Shown here piece after piece: positions 12,715 through 22,944 of a stretch of 64,000 nt of DNA. The translations under genes and the position numbers were made by a program. Position 1 is the first letter of the stretch, and every line of letters starts with the position of its first letter. The notes beneath the pieces are model-generated. The model was not told where the DNA came from and ran no database searches. It worked only from the letters and a program-made list of their open reading frames with translations. The DNA comes from Squalus acanthias (taxonomy: Eukaryota), in contig CM059438.1 in NCBI GenBank assembly GCA_030390025.1, positions 64,916,001 to 64,980,000 of the forward strand, given 5' to 3'.

Positions 12715-13479
12715 GGGCCAAAAATTCGGCCCTTCCCGGGTGAGTACGCGCTCTGTACTCACCCGTATTGCTTCCCGAAGTGCCGGTTTCCTGCATGCAC
12801 TGCGCATGCGCGGGAAACCGGAACTTCCAGTATGGTGAAGGGGGCGGTTCCTAGGTGAACCGCGTGCGCGGTAGAGGCTGCGCGCACGCAGCACACTTAG
12901 GTTTTTTTTCAGGTTTCTACGCGAGGGTAAGTATTGAAGAAACTACGCTATTAAAAAGGAGGCGCAAGACCCGTTTTGAACAAGGTAAGTGGTTAATTAA
13001 GTATAATTTTAAATTGTTTTCAACAGGTTTATATTTTTTAGATACTTTAAAGAAAGGTAAGTTTATTTTTATAACTTTTAAAAAGTATTTTAATTTTTTC
13101 AAAAATTTAAATTTTTGTTTAAAGTGGTTAATTTATTTAACTATAGTTATTTTATAAATGTGATGGTTTAAAAAATATATATATTTTAAGTTTAGCTGTT
13201 CTTTTGGGGCCGATTTCAATTCACAGATTTGACAGGTCTCCTGTCAAATCTATGAATGAAAGATGGTCTGCTGCCATTGGCTCTCCATAGCCCACGTGAT
13301 CCCAGGGGATGCATCGCACTAACTGCGCCCCTGGGACACGCAAGCACTGCGCGCCGGCAGTTGGGAGAGGCCCAGGACCCGAAGTTCCCGTGGGCCCAAA
13401 ACACAACGGCAGGCGCGGTAGGTAAGAGCGCGCGCGATCCTTACCCCCGCGGCAAGCAGGAGAGGCGAATTTCTGGGCC
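12715..13479. mobile_element. Harbinger-type MITE, family A copy 1, inserted in a CR1 fragment
   Basis: TIRs GGGCCAAAAATTCG / CGAATTTCTGGGCC; TSD AAT/AAA (one mismatch); colinear with 14467-15232 and with the reverse complement of 34818-35577. Confidence 0.9.
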
Positions 13480-13627
13480 AAAATCTCACCGACCACCCTA
13501 TCGACTCTTGTCATAATTTTAAAGACCACTAACAGCAGATGATCATTTGAATCATTGTTACCTGGTGCTGTTGGGCAAAACCAGCAAATCCTTTAACCCT
13601 CTGCATCACAAATGCAAGGTTTATCCT

Positions 13628-14015
13628 GGAATCATAGAATCTTACAGCACAGAAAGAGGCCATTCGGCACATAGAACCTGTGCCGGCTCTTTGAAAGAGC
13701 TCTCCAATTAGTCCCACTCTCCGGCTCTTTCCCAATCGTCCTGTAATTTTCACCCCTTCAAGTAGTTATCCAATTCGCGTTTGAAAGTTATTACTGAATC
13801 TGCTTCCACCACCCTTTCAGGCAGCGCATTCCAGATCATAACAACTTGCTGAGTAAAAAAATTCTCCTCTGACCTCTGGCTATTTTGCCACTTACCTTAA
13901 ATTTGTGTCCTTTGGTTACTGGCCCTGCTGCAGGTGGAAACAGTTTCTCCTCATTTACTCTATCAAAACCCTTCATGATTTTGAACGCCACTATTAAATC
14001 TCCCCTTGACCTTCT
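13628..14015 (-). mobile_element. CR1 LINE 3' fragment
   Basis: (ATTCTATG)n tail on the minus strand and CR1 C-terminal coding remnant. Confidence 0.8.
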
Positions 14016-14466
14016 CTGCTCTCCTCTGTTCTGCTCACATAGGCAGGATGCAGCATTAGAGATGGATGAATATTCTGCAGTGTTGATTGATTAGTTTTGG
14101 AGAGTTAACTTCCCCTCAGGAGATTCAATTACTGGGGTATAGTCCATGATGGAGCAGGTTGCACCTGGTTGTGAAATGAGCAGGTTTGATGGTCTGGGTG
14201 TCATTTTTTCATTCCATAGTATCTCTCTTCAGAAATGGGGTCCAGAGTTACAAACAATATTTAGAAAGACAGATCTCAACCACAAATATGAGGATGAAAT
14301 TGTTGGCATATATTTATTTTTGTGCTGATTACATTTTTCTACGCTGAAAGCAATTTGAAAATCTGTTGAATGGAACAGGTGTCGAGGCTATTCAGAAATC
14401 AGCAATGTGTTACATGCAAATTGGGGAGGGGGGGTCGGGGGTAGGGGAGAAACTATGAGACATAAT

Positions 14467-15232
14467 GGCCCAGAAATTCGGCCGAATACGGGAGAGTACA
14501 CACTGTGTACTCACCAGTATTCGGTCCCAAAGTGCCGGTTTCCTGCATGCACTGCGCATGCGCGGGAAACCGGCACTTCCGATATTGCGAAGGGGCGGTT
14601 CCTAAGTGAACCACGTGCGCACTACAGGCTGTGCGCACGCAGCACACTTAGGTTTTTTTTCAGGTTTGAACGCGAGGTTAAGTATGGAAGATTTCACACA
14701 TGAAAAAAGGAGGCGTAAGACCCCCTTTTAACAAGGTAAGTAGTTAATTAAGTATTATTTAAAAAAAATTCTTTCAACAGGTTTATCTTTTTTAGAGACT
14801 TTAAAGAAAGGTAAGTTTATTTTTATAACTTTAAAAAGAATTTAAATGTTTTCAAAAATTTTAATTTTTGTTTAAAGTGGTTAATTTATTTAACTATAGT
14901 TATTTTATAAATGTGATGTTTTTTTAAAAACATTTATTTGAGGTTTAGCTGTTCTTTTGGGGGCAATTTGTATTCATAGTTTTGACAGTTCTCCTGTCAA
15001 AACTATGAATGAAAGATAGTGTGCTGCCATTGGCTCTAACTGGCCCACGTGATCCCAGAGGTCGCATCGAACTAACTGCGCCTCTGGGACACACACACAC
15101 TGCGCGCCGGCACCAGGGAGAGGCCCGGGACCCGAAGTTCGTGTGGGCCTGAAACAGAACGGCAGGCGCGGTAGGTAAGATCGCGCGCGATCCTTACCCC
15201 CGCGGCAAGCCGGAGAGGCCAATTTCTGGGCC
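14467..15232. mobile_element. Harbinger-type MITE, family A copy 2
   Basis: Perfect TIR GGCCCAGAAATT / AATTTCTGGGCC; TSD AAT on both sides. Confidence 0.92.
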
Positions 15233-15249
15233 AATGTAATGTCTGCAGT

Positions 15250-15480
15250 GTAACAGAGATGAGGGGAACCAGGAGAAGGCAATTCCATGGAGGAAAGATG
15301 TTCAAGGAGGATGGCGTGGTCAACAGTATCGAATGTAGTAGAGAGGTTACGGGGGTTAGCAAGCCATGATTGCAATCACACAAGATATTATTGGTAACTT
15401 TGACCAGTGCTGTTTTGGTGCTGTGGGAGGGGTGAAAACCTAATTGAAGGGATTTGAATGGGGAGTGATGAAGAGCAACG
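15250..15480 (-). mobile_element. L2 LINE RT fragment
   Basis: Translations QLGFHPSHSTKTALVKVTNNIL and LSTTFDTVDHAILL are typical of L2 RT. Confidence 0.8.
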
Positions 15481-15959
15481 CACGGCATTTTGGTTTCCTT
15501 GGAAACAGGAATCAAAAATAAAAGTAATTACTTGAAAAATTTCAACGCCTGAAGTCCTGTCATTTTTTTAATTCTCCCAAGCCACAAATTGAAATTCCAC
15601 GAAGGAGGTTCTTGTTATAAATATTCACTTTGTACCCTGCTGATACGTATGACTTTATTTGCTTTGTGGGTTATGTAGTTCGGTCCTCATCTGAATGTTG
15701 GTGCCACTTGATGTTTCCCAGCTCCATATCCTCCAAGTGTTTCTATTAAACTTGGTCATATTCCTTAATTGATATTCACAATTTCTACAGCAAAAAGTAA
15801 TTTTACAATATCATGCAAGCTTCTCTGATGACCTTTTGATTCCTTGCGAAGCATTCTGTTGGACCGCTCCACACACACAATACGTGGTCTGAAACTGATA
15901 GAGTCAACATCTGCACAATGTATAAATGGCATCAGCAACAGGGAACAGGAGAATGGGTT

Positions 15960-17896
15960 TAAAAACAGAAAATGCTGGAAATACTCAGCATGTCAGGCAG
16001 CAACTGTGGAGAGAGAAACAGAGTTAACGGTCGTGATTTTGCTGGCGATCAGCGGACGGGATAGGTGGCGGGTCAGCTGAGAAATTTAAAATGATTGACA
16101 GCGGGTCGCTGTCAAAACGCCTACATTTCCCGATGGCGAGTCTGCCAGCGCTGAGCAGACCCAACAGGCAGCGGTGGTGACCCAATTCAAATCATTAGTG
16201 GCTTGTTTACAGCCACTTAACAATGCTTTTTTTTCCAGGCTTTTTGAATTTGACAGGTCGCCCACCAGTTTCCTGCTGTGCCTAAACCTCATATGTGAAG
16301 CTGAGGCGGGAGTTCAGTGGTCATTGAAGCAGCTGATGAGTCGACAGCTTCACATGTCAAGTCAAAGTTCCCAGCTGATTGATAAATGTTCCCTTAACCA
16401 CTAGCTTCTCTAAACTGCATTTCCATACAGATTCAGAATGCTGCAAGTCTTTACACAAGTTTCCATCCAGTCTGACCTCATTACCTCTCCCACCATTGAC
16501 AGATCGCTTCTGTCATCTCTACTTCACCTGCCATCTATTACATCAGCATCGGTGCACTTTATACTCTCTCACCTTGGTCCTTAGAATCTGACCACGATCA
16601 GCCCCAACACCAGCATCACCAGGCACACCAACACACCAATCTTCTCCGCAATCACCTGATACTGCACAGGAAAGAGGGCATCAGCACCCGACCACATTGC
16701 TGTCCGGGATGTCAGGGATGGCCTCACCATGGCCATATTTACTTCACTTGACTCTGTGCACCCTGGCTGCCACATGATGCGCCAGGTTGGCACCACCCCA
16801 CACCAACACCATAAAGCACCCCTACAATGCCAAAGCCATTTCTTTCACACTAATCACCATTGTGGGGGGTACCGTTATGTCTCACCATTTACTGCAACTC
16901 ACTAAGCCACTTCCAAAGGTGCACACAAATCTGTCCAAGAACGCAAAGTGTTCAAAATAAAGGTTTCAAGGTTCGACACCACATTAACAGAAACTTTACA
17001 TGAACATTGCATAAAAAACCCAAGTGCCTACCCTTGTGTGTTGTTAGTTGGTATGATTAGACTAGGATGAGGGTGAGTGTGAGGGCTGGCTAGTGAGATG
17101 GGGAAGTGATAATGTAGAGAGGGATGGGTGGAGGTGCAAGGTAAGTTGGTGTGAGTAAGGATGTGCAGGAGTAGGGTAGGGAAGGCAGAGTGATGGGGAT
17201 GTGATGAGTGGCACAGCAGGATGAGGTTGAGTGTGGCTTTGCAGTAACGTTTCGTGATCTACTGAGATCATTGAAAGGTTTGCACCACTGCAGCCTGGTC
17301 CTCCTGACGACATCCCTGCTTGTGCCCTCCTGTGCAATGTGCAACCAGGCTGTGTTGGTCTCCTGGGGAGGTCTCTTCCGCCCATTGGAAGGGGAGAGGA
17401 CCTCCCTGCGTGCTGTGACTCCCTCCAAAAGCATATGGAGGCAGTCATGAGAGAATCTGGGTGTAGCCCTACACCTCTGTGCAGTGCTTGTCAGTGTTTG
17501 CAGCACCTCAATGCTGTAGAACACTGACAGCCCAAATGTCAAAGTAAATTTGCGCATGGTCCCTTTAAGGAAACCGGCTGATGACGTGTCATCAAATGAC
17601 GTCATCAGACCCGCTTCCTTCAATTGGTCGGGAAATTCGTTAGGCGGGCTTTACAAGACCAATCAGGGGAAAGTCATGTCGGAGGCCGGGATGGAGACAG
17701 GAGCGGGGCCCTGATCCGCCACGGACCTGCGGAGGTAGGGAAAATCATGGCCAACATTTCAGGTCGATGATCTGGTCATCCACCTGAAACAGTAACTCTG
17801 TTTCTTTCTCCACAGATGCTGCCTGACCTGCTGAGTATTTCCAGCATTTTCTGTTTTTATTTCAGATTTCCAGCATCCGCAGTATTTTGCTTTTGT
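15960..17896. repeat. Inverted pair of Penelope-type terminal repeats, split by a Harbinger insertion
   Basis: 15960-16028 plus 17753-17770 matches 59940-60025, and 17775-17896 is its reverse complement. Removing 16029-17752 restores a near-palindrome. Confidence 0.75.
16029..17752. mobile_element. Internally deleted PIF/Harbinger element with a Myb/SANT exon-1 remnant (minus strand, ~17248-17470)
   Basis: TIRs GGTCGTGATTTT / AAAATCATGGCC; TSD AAC. The minus frame PRFSHDCLHMLLEGV..AWLHIAQE..KPFNDL is homologous to the Myb exons at 30790 and 41046. Confidence 0.85.
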
Positions 17897-18221
17897 AGTA
17901 GGATGGGTTTACTCTGCCCCTGAGGAAAGCCTTTGTGAATCTTGAATTAGGAAATCTTCATGAATTATGTAATAAATTGGTATTCCATTGTTCTCCATTG
18001 CTTGTCTACATAACCCCGCCGCCTCCCCCCCAACCACTCCTGTTCCCTTTTTGGATGTGGCTATATAGTATCCACTCTTGCTTTCATAGCATGTACGGAG
18101 CTCTGCTGCTGGGCTTCAAGATCTTTCATGCTATGAGAGTTCACCTGGCAATGCCCACACTCCAATAGGCTGAGTAAGTTTATAAAGTTTATAAAGTGTT
18201 CAGGACATCCAAAATATCGGT

Positions 18222-18565
18222 ACGGTAAGTCTAATGGTTAAAGTACTGGACATGCAATCTGGTGGTCATGTGTTCACCATGGCAAGTTGTAAACTTTGAA
18301 TTCAATAAATGTGGTAATATCCAGCCTGGCTCCAGGAAAAATGACCATAGAATCTTCCTGTCTGTCAGAAAAAACCCAACTGGTACATTAATGACTGTCA
18401 GGGAAGGGCACCTGCCATCCTTACCTGGTTTGGTCTACACGTGACTCTAGTCTACACTATGTGGCTAACGATTCCTAGAAGAAGGCCTACCACCACCTTC
18501 TCAGGGTAACTAGGGATGGCCAATAAATGTGGTGCTTTCCAAGATTGCCCACATCCTAAGAATTT
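18222..18565 (+). mobile_element. Degenerate SINE sharing its 3' tail with the 6150/27045 LINE family
   Basis: A-box-like GTCTAATGGTTAA head; tail CAATAAATG...GCCCACATCC matches 6499-6535. Confidence 0.6.
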
Positions 18566-19894
18566 TTTTTTTAATCGGGTAAGTTTTAAGATGCCCTTTA
18601 TTGCTGCCAATTGAAATCAATGGGGCAAAATTGATAGCAAACATGCCATGTTTTTCTTACATGCAATGGTTATGTGCGAGCCCTTGCAACCAGTGCATAG
18701 ATGTTGTGCAGTTCTGTACATTTCTCTTGATCTATTTTACAATACCCAACCATCACAATCTACAGAAAGTTACTTTTCCATATGTTGTGTAGTAAACCCC
18801 ATCACTATGTGATGGCACAGTCATCGAGGACTGAAATGGCTACCTTTGTGCTTAAATTTCTAGGATTTTACGATCACTTTCAATTTGCCGGTGAAAATGA
18901 GTTACGATACAATATCGAGTAGCTCTCTACAGAGAAACTTTCGAGATGAACCACTTTGCAATGAAATTACTGTGTAACTTTCTGCGTCGACTGCTGGTTG
19001 CATTCCATGGCAGTTTTGATTGAACTGTCCATATAGAACTGAGCTGCAAACACTTAGCATCTCAGTGTCATGACACAAAGAATGATGAAGTATACATGGC
19101 CAGCAAACATTATGTATAGAACCTGTAGGAGCAGTTGGGGGGCGGGGGGGGGGGGGGAGGCAAAAAATAATAATACTGGGATTGTTGATATGAAAGTAGC
19201 AGCTCAAAGTGAGCAGGATTCCATTGAAAACCACTGTCATTTGGAGAAAAAGATTGACTGCAAATGAAAAGAGACGGAACAAAAGACAAAGTGGAAACTG
19301 CTATGGCAATAATGAATCTTTCAGGGTGTGCTAAAGCTGCATTATGAGCAAAGAATAATAGAAGCACAAGGGCAGTTAAGCACTTTTACATACTTGAGAT
19401 TGCTACTTCAACATAAAACATTGCAACATTTATCATTCCAATTAGCAGATGATTGGTTCTTTGCGAACAATGGGCCACTGATTTACATCCAGTTATGTTG
19501 TACGGGATTCTGGCACTTTCCCTGGTGTTTTTGTCAATCCTGTTCCTCAATTCAGTCCATTTTCTGTGAAGACCATAAATCTGCTTTCTCCATGGTAGTC
19601 ATGGCCTATCAAATAATTTGTTTTATTTAATCATCAGCATGGACCAAAACAAAAGAACACTGTTCCTAATGTGGCATCAAATGACACTAAATTGGCAATC
19701 CCACTCTGAGAAAGCAAAGGATGGCTGTTGTGGGCAATGGAGAAATGTCACACAGACACAGTATGGGGTACTCTTCTGAGGTTATGGCAGAGTACATGGA
19801 AACAGGATTAGTCCATTTGATCCATCAATCCTACATCACCATTTTGTTGGACGTGGCAGGTCTATCTTTTCAATCCCAATTTGTTTTTTTCTTT

Positions 19895-20239
19895 CTTCGT
19901 TCCTGGGATGTGGGCGTCGCTGGCAAGGCCAGCATTTATTGCCCATCCCTAGTTGCCCTTGAGAAGGTGGTGGTGAGCTGCCTTCTTGAACCGCTACAGT
20001 CCGTGTGGTGAAGGTACTCCAGGGAGGGAGTTCCAGGATTTTGACCCAGCGACGATGAAGAAACGGCGATATATTTCCAAGTCAGGATGGTGTGTGACTT
20101 GAAGGGGAACTTGGAGGTGGTGGTGTTCCCATGCGCCTGCTGCCCTTGTCCTTCTAGGTGGAAGAGGTTGCGGGTTTGGGAGGTGCTGCCGAAGAAGCCT
20201 TGGCGAGTTGCTGCAGTGCATCTCGTAGATGGTACACAC
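19895..20239 (-). mobile_element. 3' fragment of the CR1/L2-group LINE
   Basis: Near-identical to 27050-27387. Confidence 0.9.
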
Positions 20240-20266
20240 TGATTCTCCATATTTCTTAATACCCTT

Positions 20267-21017
20267 GGGGGGAAAAATTCGGTGACGCCCCCTTTGGGGC
20301 ACTAACGTCGCCGGGGTGCTAATTTTTAGCACCCTTAAAAAGTTAGCACCCCTGCACCATAAATTCAGTAGTAGCAGCCCAAGCAGGAGACGGGACACTA
20401 CTGGAAGTACACCCCCTCCTTCTTGGGGCACTACCAGTGAATTTCGCGGTGCTGCGTGCAACAGTGCCACGTGCGCCGGCACATAGCGCCGCGTCATTGC
20501 AGGCCTCCTCCCCTGATTAAAGGGGAGGGGCCTAGCGCTGCGCACACCGGGGCCCTGCTGAACCACCGGGGAGAGGGGTGCCGGGAAAATAACCCAGCAC
20601 TCAAGAGGAGTGTCGGGCTGAGCGATCGCGGCTGGCATCACAAAGAAAAAAGGGGACGGGGGCAGGTGCTGGCAGTTGGCCCAAAAAAAAATGGCCGCCC
20701 GACACCTGCCCTTAAAGTAGCGCCGCTGCGGCTGCAAAAATGCCACCCTGACCCTGTCGGACATATCATCCGGCGATAGGTCAGGAGGCACAAACCAAGA
20801 TCGTGACCGGGGCACGAGCAGGGCGCTGTGCACGGCGATGACATCATCGCCGGCGGCGCAGCACCGCGGGGCGCTACCGGCTACCGCCGCTGCTAACATC
20901 TCGCTGAATTTCACGGAAGGCCTTAGTGACGCCATGCCCAGGCGCTAGGGTATTTGTGCCCCATTAGCGCCCCCCGGGGGCGTTAACGAGAGGTGTAAAT
21001 CAACCCAATTTCCCCAC
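20267..21017. mobile_element. GC-rich Harbinger-type MITE (family G)
   Basis: Imperfect TIRs GGGGGGAAAAATT / AATTTCCCCAC; TSD CTT at 20264-20266 and 21018-21020. Confidence 0.75.
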
Positions 21018-21243
21018 CTTGGTTCCCGAGTAGCATTTCACTTAAGTCAGCATCTACAGTTAATGGGGTGGAGCATTTTATAGCCACACAACACTGATGA
21101 CATATTTTCAAGTTTAATTTTTTACCAACATAGTTTGAATTTAAGGATTTTGGCACCTTGTTCTAGATTCCCCTAGTAGAGAAAAGAGTTGTCTCCTATC
21201 GACCCTCATCAATACCACATTTTAAATTCCTTAATTAGGTCAC

Positions 21244-21912
21244 TGTGAGCCGTCAACCTCCTTCCTCCTCTGGTTCACAACAACACGTTTCGAGTAAGCA
21301 CGAGACACTTCGTAGTGGAGTACACGGAACAGACTTTATTGATATACAGTACAAGTCATCAGCCTACCAGAGAGTGGCTTTTTGTTTTCTGTATCTTTTG
21401 AGCCCTCCAAAGCTGAAAACCATGCTCCTTTATACACCATATTTTGCCTACATCAAAGGTAAATGTTATAGGTAAGACTGCATGAAAGACTGCATGACAT
21501 ATATATTCCCAAATCCTTTGAAGACAGCCTATTCATGTAAACATGAAGCTACTTCTCCTAAACAAGACTTCCTGATGTAACAGTTACTAACATCTTTGAA
21601 GAAAAAGCTTTACCAACTGCTAGCTTTCTATACTATAGCTAATGGATTCCTCCTACCTATGTTTATTACCCTAGCTATGTTTTTTACGGTAAAGTTACAC
21701 TTTAATCACTCATGGCTGATGTCATTATTAACACTTATTTCTTTGCACAAGCACTTTACCTATCAGAAGACAAGCTATGGTTTCCTCTCACAACACTTCT
21801 AAGTCATCCAGTTTATATTGGGAAGCCTGTTGTTCCAAGATACAAAGAAGTTTGACTGTTAACACTTAACTCCCCAAGATGTCCAACATATATCTCTCTA
21901 GGATGTCCAACA
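21244..21912 (-). mobile_element. Solo LTR (669 bp)
   Basis: Termini TGT...ACA; 5-bp TSD GTCAC at 21239-21243 and 21913-21917; minus-strand TATAAA (21429-21434) followed by AATAAA (21335-21340). Interrupts a CR1 remnant. Confidence 0.85.
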
Positions 21913-22944
21913 GTCACCCGTTAACCTTTTCATCTCCAGGAATATAATCTAAATTTATCCTGCTCGACCATTATAGCTATAGTTATGGTTTATTACTGAT
22001 AGCTAAATCATACAGAGTTTGAGCTCCACACCTCATCTAATTGTGCAATAAATTACCTGGGAGTTCTTGATAATGCCCCTAGACGTCTTCAAATTGGCAA
22101 TGTTCCACTCCCCACCACTGACTTCCCTTGAGTTAATCAGCACAAAAATTTGTACCAAAGATACAATATAAGAAAATAGGCTCAGAGTTTGGCTCTAAGG
22201 CTTGAATTCTAAACCCACTTAAACCTGTGGATGAACCCTTTTATATTAGAACCCTTGGGACATTAGAAACCAAAAAGGTGTCAACCCGTAACCTCCAAGT
22301 AATGGAAAAACAATTTTAATTAAGCCAATTGAAAATGATTTGAAGTCTACCTAAAATCCTCAAGGTGCTTGTGCAGCACTGTCTGCAAAAGCAGCTGTAT
22401 CCACATGTTTACAAAATAATGAGATGTTCAAGTAACGCAGCACACCATAAACAGCTTGGAATGAGAGAGACTGGTGTTTCTCCAGTGTGGCTAGGGCACT
22501 AGAAGAATGCAAAGACAGATGGACACAAAGTTACAGTCAGCTGAATAGGTGATTTCTTTTTAAAATCTAAGTTGTACTTTTAAAAGCTTGAATTGTCTCT
22601 GTTGAAATATGCCCCTTGAATCCAGGTTTGCAGCCTTCGGTGCGTAAGAATGCTGGTTTCGGTATCCTGACAAATATATGCTGAGGAGCCAGACGAATCC
22701 TTAATTTCCCTTTTAACTCCTTACTAAGGAATTGTCTGGGGTTTTGTCTGTCAGCGCGGGTCCAGCGATGAATGATGTCTGACTCAGCTCCCGAACTGTC
22801 CTGCATTCAACCCAGTTCGGATCAAAATTAATTTAATTTACCAACCCTCGGTTAGGTTACCTGCCGGCTTCTGAATGAGTGAATTAACTCTTTCTTGCCA
22901 AATCATCACGGAAGAAGCCAGAGCACTAGTCATGCACTAAATAC

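Noticed and set aside
17090..17623. 177-aa ORF as a host MSANTD/NAIF1-like gene
   Set aside because: It lies between Harbinger TIRs, has degenerate Myb residues and reads through into intron sequence.
19994..20935. 313-aa minus-strand ORF
   Set aside because: It runs across a GC-rich MITE and a LINE tail with no recognisable domain; it is open because of high GC content.
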